Assembly: GCA_965230995.1 (NCBI GenBank)
Contig: OZ246398.1
Coordinates: 592,213 to 656,212, forward strand
Source of the DNA: an uncultured Candidatus Saccharibacteria bacterium
Lineage (GTDB): Bacteria; Patescibacteriota; Minisyncoccia; Phycocordibacterales; G965230995
Direction of reading: 5' to 3'
Length of the DNA stretch: 64,000 nucleotides
Shown here: positions 45,904-56,572 of the stretch, piece after piece
Numbering within the stretch: the first letter of the stretch is position 1
Layout: each line of letters begins with the position of its first letter
Made by a program: the position numbers and the translations under genes
The notes under the pieces: model-generated
Database searches by the model: none
What the model saw: the letters and a program-made list of their open reading frames with translations, nothing else
What the model was told of the DNA's origin: nothing

Positions 45904-47598
45904 TTATCTAACATATTCTGGCCTATTTTCGTTCATCCAAAGGAATAATTCATTGGTTACATACACTGAACCGATGGTATTTGTCTTTAGTCCTCTCTCC
46001 ATCATAATTGCGAATGCATATTTGGGATTATCATAAGGGAAAAATCCCGTTATCCAAGAGTTAATATTTTCTTTTGTAACACCCAATTCGGCAGTTCCGG
46101 TCTTTGCTCCTATCTTGAAAGGAAGTGAAGATAGATTATGCGCTGTCCCACCATTGTACACAGCACGATACATTCCTTCTTTTACCACATCATAATATTT
46201 TTCTTCGAAGTCTAATTTTTCAAATTTTGGCTCTTCGTCTTCTACCAGCGATGGCGTGTAAAGATTTCCATTATTTACAATTGCCGTCGTTCCACGGAGA
46301 ATTTGGATGAGTGTAGCAAGTGATCCATACTGACCAATCGAAGTCAAAAATGTATCTCCAAGCCTCCAACTATCACCATCAAAATTTTGTTTTTTCCATT
46401 CTGGATCTGGGACAACTCCCGAGGCCTCATTTGGAAGATTCAACCCAGTTTTATTTCCAAAACCAAACATTCTAAAATAGTTTACTATTTTTTCTATACC
46501 AATTCCTTTTTGACCATCAAAACCTCCGCCAACGTGAAAGAAATATATGTTAGAAGAAAATGACAGCGCGTCTCTCATATCAACCCATCCAAGGGGTTTC
46601 CAGTCTCTAAAAGTGGTACCAGTACCCGGAGAGTATGGGTTCGGAACTGTAATTGAACCTTTACTTTCAATTTTTTTGTTTGGGTCTATAACACCTTCTT
46701 TTTGGACACCCATAGCAAGAAAAATTTTCATAACAGAACCCGGTGCATACAATCCAGATATCGCCCTATTCAAATAGACATTTCTTTTGTCGGTAATATA
46801 CGAACTGATGACTTCCTTGTTTGTTCCATCAGTTAGAATTTGAGAATTGTATTCAGGAAAACTTGTCAGTGCAATTAATTTTCCTGTCTTTATATCCATT
46901 ATCGCACCAGCGCCACCACTGTATCCTGCTTTGCTAGCAAGAGATTCTATTTCTGTAAATAGTTTGTCCTGCAACTCTGAGTCAATTGAAAGTTTTAGAT
47001 TCTTTCCATTAATTGGTGGATCGATAACACTGTATGTTGCGATTTCACCACCAGCGTCCACTTCAATAATTCTCAAACCATTTTTGCCGGTAAGATAATC
47101 GTTGTAGGTTTTTTCTACTCCGTCTACACCAGTGAATTCTGTTTGATAGTAATATCCATTTTTGTCTTTCTGTGGATATTTTAGATAACCAAGAATATGT
47201 GCTAACCCCTTTAAATCTGTATATCTTCTCAATGAGAAATCTCCGCCTTCTTTTGCTGGGACATTTGTTGCGAGAATCTTGTCGTTTCTGTCTAGAATTG
47301 ACCCCCTTTCTGAAAAAATCGATGTTTTTATAAGGCTATTTCTAGCGCTTCTTTCAGCCAATTTCTCTCCTTGTACAATCTGAAGCCCCCAGACTTTCCA
47401 AGAAAAAATTAGTGTGACTAAAATAAAAAAAGAAAGTGTGAGAATAGGGACAACACGAGAAAATGGTTTTTCAATTCTTCCCTCAAATTGGTCTTTGTCA
47501 AAATTAGGCAAATTGCTTGAATCAAGAAAAATTTCATCAGGATTTATTTCTACCCTATCACCTCCCAATATTGAATTTAGGAATCTCTTTATTCGCAT
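45904..47598 (-). CDS. mrdA: Penicillin-binding protein 2
   Basis: PGSVMK, SSN, KTGTAE; downstream of mreBC. Confidence 0.88.
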   Translation of the reverse strand: MRIKRFLNSILGGDRVEINPDEIFLDSSNLPNFDKDQFEGRIEKPFSRVVPILTLSFFILVTLIFSWKVWGLQIVQGEKLAERSARNSLIKTSIFSERGSILDRNDKILATNVPAKEGGDFSLRRYTDLKGLAHILGYLKYPQKDKNGYYYQTEFTGVDGVEKTYNDYLTGKNGLRIIEVDAGGEIATYSVIDPPINGKNLKLSIDSELQDKLFTEIESLASKAGYSGGAGAIMDIKTGKLIALTSFPEYNSQILTDGTNKEVISSYITDKRNVYLNRAISGLYAPGSVMKIFLAMGVQKEGVIDPNKKIESKGSITVPNPYSPGTGTTFRDWKPLGWVDMRDALSFSSNIYFFHVGGGFDGQKGIGIEKIVNYFRMFGFGNKTGLNLPNEASGVVPDPEWKKQNFDGDSWRLGDTFLTSIGQYGSLATLIQILRGTTAIVNNGNLYTPSLVEDEEPKFEKLDFEEKYYDVVKEGMYRAVYNGGTAHNLSSLPFKIGAKTGTAELGVTKENINSWITGFFPYDNPKYAFAIMMERGLKTNTIGSVYVTNELFLWMNENRPEYVR

Positions 47599-47606
47599 TT
47601 ATAAAA

Positions 47607-47900
47607 TTATACACGATCACGTCCAAACACAAGAAGCCTTTTTGATACGAGAATAAAAATTAAATATATTGCAATAGAAATAATAGTAAAAATATGCCCC
47701 GAAAAAGAAAATGAATTACCTCCATATAACGAATCAAAAAGTGCTCCAAAAAGAATTATCTCTACAAAAGATGGAATTAAGATGAGCAGAACAACTGCAA
47801 TTATTGAAAATAGCCACCAAGGTAATACAAAAAATGCCACGAGCAATGCCGAATCAATCGCAAGTCTTGAAAAAAAAGTATTACTGAATGATTTCTTCAT
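47607..47900 (-). CDS. Small membrane protein in the MreD position
   Basis: Hydrophobic, GALFDSLYG; lies between mreC and mrdA. Confidence 0.55.
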   Translation of the reverse strand: MKKSFSNTFFSRLAIDSALLVAFFVLPWWLFSIIAVVLLILIPSFVEIILFGALFDSLYGGNSFSFSGHIFTIISIAIYLIFILVSKRLLVFGRDRV

Positions 47901-48675
47901 TTGTTTCTTTGTGAACAGTTACTCTTGAAATAGAATAGACCGAAGATGGCGATACCGCATAAACAAATAGAAATGGGCTACTTTCTCTCGTTTCGATTTC
48001 TCCAATTTTTGCAACAACATAAACACCGCTGGCTTTTCTGATTATCATCACGTCGTCTTTCCTTATGTCTGTATCTTTTGGAACGGAAATTAGAAAATTG
48101 TTTGTTCCCTTTCCGGTCATTTCGTATCTCTCGGCCGTTCTTGAATTTTCAACAGTCAAAATATTTCCTCCATTTGAAGCAAGCAAGACTTTTGCAAGCG
48201 ATCCGTGTTTTTCTGAAATTGTGCCTAAAAATATATCTGATACAGATGTAACAGTGTCACCGACAGAAGCTTTTTCGGAACCAGTAATTACCATCATAGA
48301 AAATGGAGATTGGGGTGGAGTGGCTATAACATCTGCAATGTATTCATCTGCTGTGACATTAATTGATTTTAGTTTTAGATTTTCTTGTTTCAAAAAATCG
48401 TTCTGCAATCTATAACCACCAAGCTCATCTACAAGCTCTCTGAGTTTTTCATTTTGAATCGCCATCCTTGTCTGTCCAGAAAAATACGAAGTCACGATTT
48501 CATATCCAGACACTACCGTTGCCTTTACGGATAAAGAGCCTTTTGCAAAAAATGCTCCGATTGTAAAAAAGAAACCCGGAAATATAATCGTCACCAAAAT
48601 AACAGTCGCAACTGCAATAATTGCAATTCTCTTGCCCCCTCTATATGTTCTGTTACTTTTTAGGTGGTAAGGCAT
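47881..48675 (-). CDS. mreC: Rod shape-determining protein MreC
   Basis: TM helix, coiled coil QENLKLK, beta-rich C-terminus; follows mreB. Confidence 0.8.
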   Translation of the reverse strand: MPYHLKSNRTYRGGKRIAIIAVATVILVTIIFPGFFFTIGAFFAKGSLSVKATVVSGYEIVTSYFSGQTRMAIQNEKLRELVDELGGYRLQNDFLKQENLKLKSINVTADEYIADVIATPPQSPFSMMVITGSEKASVGDTVTSVSDIFLGTISEKHGSLAKVLLASNGGNILTVENSRTAERYEMTGKGTNNFLISVPKDTDIRKDDVMIIRKASGVYVVAKIGEIETRESSPFLFVYAVSPSSVYSISRVTVHKETNEEIIQ

Positions 48676-49732
48676 CTTCGTTTTGTATTAATACGTCTTG
48701 ATATTCCTCGAGATTTTCAAGAATAATTCCACAACCTCTTGCTACTGCCGTGAGAGGATCATTTGCTATATGTACTGGAATTTTTGCATTTTCTGCAATC
48801 AATGTATCTAGCCCTCGAATGAGTGCCCCGCCACCGATTAGATGCACCCCACGATGCATAACATCACCAAGAATTTCTGGTGGAGTCATTTCGAGAACTT
48901 CTTTTGTTGATTCAACAAGGTTATCTATCGAATGTGAAATTGCTTCTCTTATGTCGGAATCAGTAATAATAACTTCACGAGGAAGACCCGAGATCAAATC
49001 ACGACCTTTGATTGTAGCTTCTAGTGGTTCTTCGAGAGGAAGCACAGCCCCAATTGCAATCTTAATGTTTTCTGCTGTTTTTTCTCCGATTAAAATTTTG
49101 AATTCTGAACGAATGTAACTGATGATATCGTTGTTGAATTTATCGCCAGCAATTCGAAGGCTCTTTGAAGCAACTACACCCCCGAGAGAAATAACAGCAA
49201 TATCCGAAGTGCCACCACCAATATCTATAACCATATTTCCTACTGGTTCGTTAACAGGAAGCCTAATACCTATTGCACCAGCCATTGGTTCTTCGACAAT
49301 GAAAACCTCTCTCGCTCCAGCGTTTTTTGTAGCATCTCTAACAGCTCTGATTTCTACATTAGTAATTCCAGAAGGTACGCCGACAACTACACGTGGTCCA
49401 AAAATCTTTTTGCCTGTTTGTTGTGATTTGTTTAGCAAATAAGCAACCATTTCTTCTGTAATCTCAAAATCAGAAATGACACCGTCGACAACCGGCTTTA
49501 CAGCAGTAATATGTGCTGGAGTTCTACCGAGCATTTGTTTTGCCTGGATTCCAACCGCAACTACTTGCCCAGTCTTTTGGTTGACCGCAACAACAGATGG
49601 TTCGTTCATAACAATTCCACGACCCCTAACATACACAAGAGTATTTGCGGTACCAAGATCAATACCTATGTCATTGGATAGCAACCCCATCCATTTTTCT
49701 GGTGAGAATGTATTCTTTAAAAAGTCATTCAT
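48653..49732 (-). CDS. mreB: Rod shape-determining protein MreB
   Basis: IDLGTANT, EPSVVA, EEPMAGAIG, DIGGGT, GEKTAE, GGGA. Confidence 0.97.
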   Translation of the reverse strand: MNDFLKNTFSPEKWMGLLSNDIGIDLGTANTLVYVRGRGIVMNEPSVVAVNQKTGQVVAVGIQAKQMLGRTPAHITAVKPVVDGVISDFEITEEMVAYLLNKSQQTGKKIFGPRVVVGVPSGITNVEIRAVRDATKNAGAREVFIVEEPMAGAIGIRLPVNEPVGNMVIDIGGGTSDIAVISLGGVVASKSLRIAGDKFNNDIISYIRSEFKILIGEKTAENIKIAIGAVLPLEEPLEATIKGRDLISGLPREVIITDSDIREAISHSIDNLVESTKEVLEMTPPEILGDVMHRGVHLIGGGALIRGLDTLIAENAKIPVHIANDPLTAVARGCGIILENLEEYQDVLIQNEDALPPKK

Positions 49733-49734
49733 AA

Positions 49735-50985
49735 TTATTTCAAGGCGGACAAAACGTCCTCTATGGCAATTTTCTTTATTTCTCCTGTCGCTCTGTCTTT
49801 CATTTCTACCTCGTTTCCTTCTAGAGTTTTTTCACTGACAATTAGTCTTGTTGGTATTCCGATTAAATCGCTGTCTGCAAATTTTTCTCCAGGTCTCGCA
49901 TTTCTGTCATCCCACAATACAGAGATACCTGCCTGCCATAATTTTTTGTATATATTATCACTTTCTTTCAAGACTTTTTCGCTGTCGCCAATACTGATTA
50001 GATGAACGAGGAACGGAGCAACACCTTTTGGCCAGATTATTCCATTTTCGTCGTGTGAGGCTTCTACTACTGTCCCAATCAATCTGCTTAGGCCTATACC
50101 ATAACATCCCATATAGACTTCTTTTTGGTTACTTTTTTCGTCTTTAAACATATATTCAAAAGGAGCAGAATATTTTGTTTTGAGTTTAAAAATATTTCCA
50201 ACCTCGACAGCTTTTTCTTCGATTAAATCCTCGCGTTTAACACCAATTTCTGATAGGACTTCGTCGTTTAAGGCTTCTTTGTTTATAGCTATCCCCTTCT
50301 TTTTGTCTATGTAAATTAAATCTTCACCAGCAGAGGTAAGGGTCTGAAATTCGTGTGAATATTTACTAAATGAACCGCCCAAAGCAAAGGTCAGATATGT
50401 TTTTTCTCCTATACCAATTCGATTAAATATTTTTCTGTAGGCTCCAGATACTGTTTCGTAATATTTGTCCATATCAGGAATCTCTGTATGGAAAGAATAC
50501 ATATCCTTCATTATGAATTCCCTACCTCGAAGTATTCCTGATTTTGCGCGCATTTCCATTCGGAATTTAGTCTGAAATTGATACGCAGAAAAAGGCAGAT
50601 CTTTGTATGACAAACCAAATTCTTTTGCGATTGGGACAATTAATTCTTCGTGTGTTGGACCGAGAGCAACTTCTCTTCCTGAACTATCCGAGACTTTGTA
50701 CAGATCATCCATTGTTTCCCATCTACCTGTTTTTAGCCAATTTTCTTTTGGCTGAAATGATGTCATAAGTATTTCCTGCCCTCCGATTGCATTCATTTCC
50801 TCGCGTATGATGTTTTCTATTTTTTTATACACAAGTAGACCAAGCGGAAGCAAAGAATATACACCTGCCATTTCTTTGTGAATAAAGCCAGCCCTAATAA
50901 GGAGGCTCGCATTAATAGAGACCTCGTCTTTTGGCGCCTCTCTTCTTGTTTTTGTAAATAGTTTTGACTGAAGCATATATGCCAA
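49735..50985 (-). CDS. proS: Prolyl-tRNA synthetase (short, no editing domain); start may be the ATG a few codons in
   Basis: LGPTHEE, KFRMEMR, REFIMKD, EVGNIFKL, MGCYGIGLSR. Confidence 0.96.
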   Translation of the reverse strand: MAYMLQSKLFTKTRREAPKDEVSINASLLIRAGFIHKEMAGVYSLLPLGLLVYKKIENIIREEMNAIGGQEILMTSFQPKENWLKTGRWETMDDLYKVSDSSGREVALGPTHEELIVPIAKEFGLSYKDLPFSAYQFQTKFRMEMRAKSGILRGREFIMKDMYSFHTEIPDMDKYYETVSGAYRKIFNRIGIGEKTYLTFALGGSFSKYSHEFQTLTSAGEDLIYIDKKKGIAINKEALNDEVLSEIGVKREDLIEEKAVEVGNIFKLKTKYSAPFEYMFKDEKSNQKEVYMGCYGIGLSRLIGTVVEASHDENGIIWPKGVAPFLVHLISIGDSEKVLKESDNIYKKLWQAGISVLWDDRNARPGEKFADSDLIGIPTRLIVSEKTLEGNEVEMKDRATGEIKKIAIEDVLSALK

Positions 50986-51053
50986 TATTACCGCAAAACA
51001 AAAAACGGGTCAAAAAAGCATTATTTTATAACACACCTTTAGAAAATGGCTAT

Positions 51054-52151
51054 TTAAAAGAATTTTAGGATGTCGCTAAAGGTAACCACGATCATAAGCA
51101 AAATCAAGGCTGAAAATCCTGCCATATTTATCCATGAAATTATCTTTGGAGAAATCGGTTTTCTCATAACAGCTTCAATCAATACAAAGACTATTTGACC
51201 ACCGTCTAGAGCTGGAAATGGAATTAGGTTAAGCACCGCCAAGTTCACAGAGATGATTGCGATAAATGTTACCAGATAAGAAATGCCGAGTTTTGAAGCG
51301 TCCCCCACCATATTTGCAATACCAACTGGACCGCTCACCTGCGAGAGGGCTCCGTCTTTACCTGTAAACAAATCGCCGAAAAAGTTCCACATAGAAACCA
51401 CTGTCATTTTTGTTATATCCACCGTTGTCATATATCCTTCAGCGAGGGCTTTGTGTATTGGCAATGACACATTAATCAAATCACTAAAAGCAATACCGAC
51501 AGCTTTTTTGTCTGGAATTATTCCATCTTTTGGTGTGACTTGTATTTGGATATTTTCCTCGCCTCTCTTTATATCAAAAACAATTGGGCTGTTTTGATTT
51601 TCAGAAATAAATTCAGTTAATTTGTCTGAATCCATTTGTGTCAAAGTATTATTTCCAGATTTTACAGACAATACAACATCCCCCGCACCTATACCCATCT
51701 CTTGTGCTGGGCTATTTTGAGAAACCATCGTGACAGTTGTAAGTCCTTTGTCTGTTCTACCAAGAAAGCCCTCAGGAGCAGAAACTCCGAGCATATATAC
51801 AAAAGAAAAACAAAGCCAAGCAAAAATGAAATTAAACAATACACCCGCAACCAGAACAGCTAATCTTGATAGTTTTGGTTTGTTTAAAAAGCTATCATTT
51901 TTGTCATAGTTTTGATTATCTAGACTTTCTACATCTGATGCTGTTTCCCCAAATATTTTTACAAAACCTCCAAGCGGTACAATGTTTATAGAATACAGTG
52001 TCTCACCAATTTTTTTCGAAAATATTTTTGGCGGGAAACCAATTGCAAATTCAAGCACCTTCATTTTTGTTGCCTTTGCAACCAAAAAATGCCCTAGCTC
52101 GTGTACAAAAACGAGTAGACCTAGAACTAAAATAAATAAAATGACTGTCAT
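51054..52151 (-). CDS. rseP: Site-2 intramembrane metalloprotease RseP
   Basis: HELGH, PLGGFV, PDZ domain, GPVGI, NLIPFPALDGG. Confidence 0.95.
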   Translation of the reverse strand: MTVILFILVLGLLVFVHELGHFLVAKATKMKVLEFAIGFPPKIFSKKIGETLYSINIVPLGGFVKIFGETASDVESLDNQNYDKNDSFLNKPKLSRLAVLVAGVLFNFIFAWLCFSFVYMLGVSAPEGFLGRTDKGLTTVTMVSQNSPAQEMGIGAGDVVLSVKSGNNTLTQMDSDKLTEFISENQNSPIVFDIKRGEENIQIQVTPKDGIIPDKKAVGIAFSDLINVSLPIHKALAEGYMTTVDITKMTVVSMWNFFGDLFTGKDGALSQVSGPVGIANMVGDASKLGISYLVTFIAIISVNLAVLNLIPFPALDGGQIVFVLIEAVMRKPISPKIISWINMAGFSALILLMIVVTFSDILKFF

Positions 52152-52703
52152 TTAATTTTGTATTTCTTCTTCCTTTTTTGCTAAATGTTCTTCAAATTTT
52201 TTGTTAGCTTCATCAACAAATTTTTGCATTTCTTCTTTGCTTCTGAATTTTTCGTCTTCGTTCATAAGACCGTCTTTTTCTTTCTTTTGTATGTCGCTCC
52301 AAACATTTTCTCTGTGCATACGGAGAGACACTCTGGCGTCTTCTAGTTTTTGTTTTGAAAGTTTTATCAATTGTGTCCTTCTCTCACCTGTAAGTTCTGG
52401 AAAAATAACACGAAGAGATTTTCCATCTGAATTTACAGACAAGCCAAGATCTGCAGATATGATTGCTTTTTCTACCGCAGAAACAATAGAAGTATCCCAA
52501 GGGGTGACTTTTAGTGTTCTGGCGTCTTCAGATGCGATATTAGCAACATTTTTAACCGGCATAAAAGAACCGTATGATTCAACCATTACTTTGTCCAAGA
52601 TGAGCGGTGTCGCCCTGCCAGTTCTAACCAGAGAAAATTCTGATATAAGCCAGTTTTCTACCTCCTGTATTTTGTTTTTGAAGTCGTTAAAATTGTATAC
52701 CAT
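52152..52703 (-). CDS. frr: Ribosome recycling factor
   Basis: RTGRA, PWD, PELTGERR, ARVSLR. Confidence 0.97.
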   Translation of the reverse strand: MVYNFNDFKNKIQEVENWLISEFSLVRTGRATPLILDKVMVESYGSFMPVKNVANIASEDARTLKVTPWDTSIVSAVEKAIISADLGLSVNSDGKSLRVIFPELTGERRTQLIKLSKQKLEDARVSLRMHRENVWSDIQKKEKDGLMNEDEKFRSKEEMQKFVDEANKKFEEHLAKKEEEIQN

Positions 52704-52730
52704 ATTTTTGTTTTATTTATGTTTAGATTA

Positions 52731-53225
52731 TCAGATGAGAGCGACCGCGACAATTGCTATAGCCCAAATCCCTACTTGCATAACAATACCAATTCCAGGC
52801 CTGCCATCAAATCTCTTTTTTGAATGAACTAAATTATGGAATTTAATATACCAGCCTAGCCATTTAGCTTTTGTCTTGAAAAATAGAAACTGAAAAAAGT
52901 CAGGTAATATCGCAAACACCGCACCAAGCAAAGCAATATACAGATGATTTCCAACAAGCAAAAACATTATTACCAGAGGAAGAGATAGCCCGAGTAAGCC
53001 ATCAAATGCCACCCTACACATATCAGGATACAAATGATGATTTCTGATAATTTTTGTAAGCAGTGGATCTTTTTGTGATTCTAGAGATTTTAGCTCGTAG
53101 TCCCAGTGAGGAATTGCATCGAGCAAAAAATGACTTGCAAAAGCAAGAACCGCACCGAGCACAGGTGAATTCGGCATAGACAGCGCTATCGAGGCTCCAA
53201 CAATTCCGTGTGTAACTAATATCAT
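52731..53225 (-). CDS. Membrane-bound metal-dependent hydrolase-like protein
   Basis: THGIVG, SHFLLDAIPH, LPD, FHNLVH. Confidence 0.65.
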   Translation of the reverse strand: MILVTHGIVGASIALSMPNSPVLGAVLAFASHFLLDAIPHWDYELKSLESQKDPLLTKIIRNHHLYPDMCRVAFDGLLGLSLPLVIMFLLVGNHLYIALLGAVFAILPDFFQFLFFKTKAKWLGWYIKFHNLVHSKKRFDGRPGIGIVMQVGIWAIAIVAVALI

Positions 53226-53881
53226 TTTTTTTGTAATGGCAAAATTAAAGCAATATGTTCAAGTGTCATTTTGATTGGCGATGTCGGTTTGCCTATTTCT
53301 CTTGATGCTGTAAGCAAACATCTCGCCAAATCTTCTACCAGTATACCTTTATTTTTAGAAAAAGCATAAATATTTCTCACGTATGTCATCGCTTTTTTTC
53401 TATCTTTGTCTTTGTTAATCTTTTCTGCAATTTTCAAACGTTCTAGAATTGTTCCAAAAATAAAATCATCTGCAATATTTTCTTCGTGATCATCCTTCAA
53501 ATCGATCTCAACAACCCGAGATATAATTGTTGGTAATGCAAAACCTTTGCTTTGTGTTAAAAAGAAAAAATGTGTTCCAAGATCTGGTTCCTCTATTAAT
53601 TTTAAAAGTGCATTTTGAGCTTCGTGAAGTATAGAATTAAATTCTACTAAAAATATTCTTTTTTCAGAAAAAGATTTTCTGGAGCTCGCATATAATATTT
53701 CGTGGGCAACATCAATTGATATATTGTCACAAACATAATTAAAGAAATCTGGATTGTTTTCTTTTTTTACATTACATTTCTCGGATAAATATCTAATGAC
53801 TAATTCTCTAGACATATCCAAATCGCCATAGATTATATAGGCATGGTGTAGATTCTCTGGATTTGGAAAAATATCCGTCAT
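53222..53881 (-). CDS. holB: DNA polymerase III delta' subunit-like
   Basis: HHAYII, NPDF, AQNALLKLIEEP, LPTIISR; ATGA overlap with the upstream mreB paralog. Confidence 0.8.
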   Translation of the reverse strand: MTDIFPNPENLHHAYIIYGDLDMSRELVIRYLSEKCNVKKENNPDFFNYVCDNISIDVAHEILYASSRKSFSEKRIFLVEFNSILHEAQNALLKLIEEPDLGTHFFFLTQSKGFALPTIISRVVEIDLKDDHEENIADDFIFGTILERLKIAEKINKDKDRKKAMTYVRNIYAFSKNKGILVEDLARCLLTASREIGKPTSPIKMTLEHIALILPLQKK

Positions 53882-54891
53882 CTTTTTGAAATAACGCTTT
53901 TTTTGTATGTATCCAAGTGATCGAGGGCAATACCAGTTCCTCTTGCAACACAATACAGAGGGTCTTTTGCAGTGGCACATTTTACTCCAGTTCGTCTGAA
54001 TACGAGTTCAGGCAAATTTCGAAGCTGGGACGATCCACCGGTCATAATTATTCCTTTATCGATAATATCAGAAGACAATTCTGGAGGAGTTTCTTGCAAG
54101 ACATCTTTTATAGCTTTTATCATTTCCCTTAGTTCTTTTGTAATTGCTTTTACTATTTCGTTGGTTTTAATTTCAACCGATCTTGGTAGACCAGAAATAA
54201 AATCTCTTCCTCTTATCACCATCGACAATTCTTCTTCGAGGGGTATCGCCGAGCCAATAGCAATTTTGATGTCTTCTGCCATTTTATCTCCGATTGCGAG
54301 GTTAAAGGTTTTCTTTATATAGTCAGCAATAGCATGATCCATTTTATTTCCAGCAACCTTTACTGAAGTCGAAGCCACAATTCCTCCAAGAGAAATCACA
54401 GCAACGTCTGTTGTGCCACCCCCTATATCAACGATCATATGGCCCACGGCCTCTTGGATTGGAATACCAGCACCGATTGCTGCGAGAATTGGCTCTTTTA
54501 CTATGTATGCATTTTTTGCACCGGCTTTTATGACAGCTTCAATGACAGCTCTGCGTTCAGTAGAAGTCACACCAGCAGGAACAGACACGAGCACGTCGGG
54601 TCTAAACAAAGTAAATTTTCCGAGAGCCTTGTCGATATAATATCTAAGCATTGCTTCGGTGACCCTATAATCAGCTATCACCCCGTCTTTTAGTGGTCTG
54701 TACGCAATTATATTTTCTGGAGTTCTACCAATCATTTCTTTTGCATCATTTCCGATAGCTAAAATTTTGTTGTCTTCCTCGGAAACAGCAACAACAGAAG
54801 GTTCGTTTAAAACAATCCCCTTTCCTTTTACGTAAACCAAGGTATTTGCAGTACCTAAATCAATCCCAAGTTTTGTTCCGAAAATTCCCAT
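53878..54891 (-). CDS. mreB: Second MreB/Mbl-family actin homolog
   Basis: IDLGTANT, RPLKDGVIAD, DIGGGTT, TGGSS. Start moved to MGIFG. Confidence 0.93.
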   Translation of the reverse strand: MGIFGTKLGIDLGTANTLVYVKGKGIVLNEPSVVAVSEEDNKILAIGNDAKEMIGRTPENIIAYRPLKDGVIADYRVTEAMLRYYIDKALGKFTLFRPDVLVSVPAGVTSTERRAVIEAVIKAGAKNAYIVKEPILAAIGAGIPIQEAVGHMIVDIGGGTTDVAVISLGGIVASTSVKVAGNKMDHAIADYIKKTFNLAIGDKMAEDIKIAIGSAIPLEEELSMVIRGRDFISGLPRSVEIKTNEIVKAITKELREMIKAIKDVLQETPPELSSDIIDKGIIMTGGSSQLRNLPELVFRRTGVKCATAKDPLYCVARGTGIALDHLDTYKKSVISKR

Positions 54892-55001
54892 ATAGTCCCT
54901 ATAATAGTACAAAATCAGGAAAGCTCAAATAAGGGGAGTTTTAAATGTTATCCACTTTTAATTTATATCATATATGATATAATGCTTGGAAACATAAAAA
55001 T

Positions 55002-56534
55002 ATGAAAAACGACACAACAAAACAAATCCAGAAGGCTCTCGGCTCTCTTGTTCGTAACATAAGAGAAGAAAAAAATATTACCCAAGCAGATTTTGCAAAG
55101 AAACTTGGCACAACACAGAGCGCCGTTGCACGTATGGAAAATGGCGAACAAAACCTCAGCACTGCAATGCTCGAGAAAATAAGTGAGACTCTAAAAAGAG
55201 ACCTCGTTCACATATCAGACGGTGCCCTAAATATAAAAATCGAGGGCGGACATCCATTGTCTGGTGAAATTACAACCAAAACCTCAAAAAATGGTGCAAT
55301 GGGACTTTTGGCTGCTTCCCTATTAAATAAAGGCACAACCATATTAAAAAACGTTCCAAAAATAGAAGAAGTAAACCGAATGGTAGAAGTCTTCGAAAGT
55401 ATTGGCATTTCAATGAAATGGCGAGGAAATGATTTGGAAATAAATCCACCAGAAAAACTTTCTTTGGAAAAATTGAACAAAGACTCTGCTTCCAAAACAA
55501 GAAGCATAGTTATGTTGATCGGACCATTAATCCACCACCTAAATAATTTCTCTCTTCCAGAACCAGGTGGATGCAAATTAGGTTCGAGAACTGTGAGACC
55601 ACATTTCTATGCCCTTGAAAATCTCGGAGTAGATATTAAAGCCACATCAAATAGCTATGAAATTTCATACAAAAAATTAAAACCAGCAGAAATCATTCTC
55701 TATGAATCTGGTGATACAGTAACAGAAAACGCGATAATTGCTGCCGCTGGTATTCCAGGAAAAACAGTCATCAAATACGCTTCTGCCAACTATATGGGGC
55801 AAGAGGTCTGCCATTTTCTCGAGGAGCTCGGAGTAAAAATCGAAGGAATTGGTACGACAACAATTACAGTCCACGGTCAAAGTGACATAAACAAATCTGT
55901 TACATATTCCCTTTCCGAAGACCCAATTGAATCTATGTTCTTTATTGCAGTAGCAATAGTCACAAATTCAAATATCACAATAAAAAGATGCCCCATTGAT
56001 TTTCTCGAGATTGAACTTCTCAAATTAGAAAAAATGGGATTCAAATACAAGAAATCAAAAAGATACAAAGCAAACAACGGTAAAACAGATTTGGTTGACA
56101 TAGAAACTTTCCCTTCGAAACTAAAAGCTCTCGAAGAAAAAATTCACCCGAATGTCTATCCGGGACTAAATATGGACAACCTTCCGTTCTTTACTGTAAT
56201 AGCCACCCAAGCAAAAGGTATGACTCTGATACACGACTGGGTATATGAAAAAAGAGCAATATATTTCAAGGATCTAGAAAAACTTGGAGCAGACATACTT
56301 CTCGCCGACCAACACAGATTGTTTATAAAAGGACCAACAGAATTAAAACCAGCCGAAGTAATCTGTCCGCCTGCCCTAAGACCAGGTGCCGTAATCCTAA
56401 TAGGAATGCTCGGAGCCAAAGGAACATCAATACTTCGAAACATCTACAGCATAAACAGAGGTTATGAGGATATAGTCGAGAGATTGAACAGTATAGGTGC
56501 AAAAATACGCATATTAAGAGAAATAGAAAGATAG
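55002..56534 (+). CDS. murA: XRE HTH fused to UDP-N-acetylglucosamine 1-carboxyvinyltransferase
   Basis: TQADFAKKLGTTQSAVARMENG, then SKNG, GGCKLGSR, YPG, RGYE. Confidence 0.92.
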   Translation: MKNDTTKQIQKALGSLVRNIREEKNITQADFAKKLGTTQSAVARMENGEQNLSTAMLEKISETLKRDLVHISDGALNIKIEGGHPLSGEITTKTSKNGAMGLLAASLLNKGTTILKNVPKIEEVNRMVEVFESIGISMKWRGNDLEINPPEKLSLEKLNKDSASKTRSIVMLIGPLIHHLNNFSLPEPGGCKLGSRTVRPHFYALENLGVDIKATSNSYEISYKKLKPAEIILYESGDTVTENAIIAAAGIPGKTVIKYASANYMGQEVCHFLEELGVKIEGIGTTTITVHGQSDINKSVTYSLSEDPIESMFFIAVAIVTNSNITIKRCPIDFLEIELLKLEKMGFKYKKSKRYKANNGKTDLVDIETFPSKLKALEEKIHPNVYPGLNMDNLPFFTVIATQAKGMTLIHDWVYEKRAIYFKDLEKLGADILLADQHRLFIKGPTELKPAEVICPPALRPGAVILIGMLGAKGTSILRNIYSINRGYEDIVERLNSIGAKIRILREIER

Positions 56535-56572
56535 TCGTTGCCAATTAAATAAATTTTTGTAGTATTAACGAT

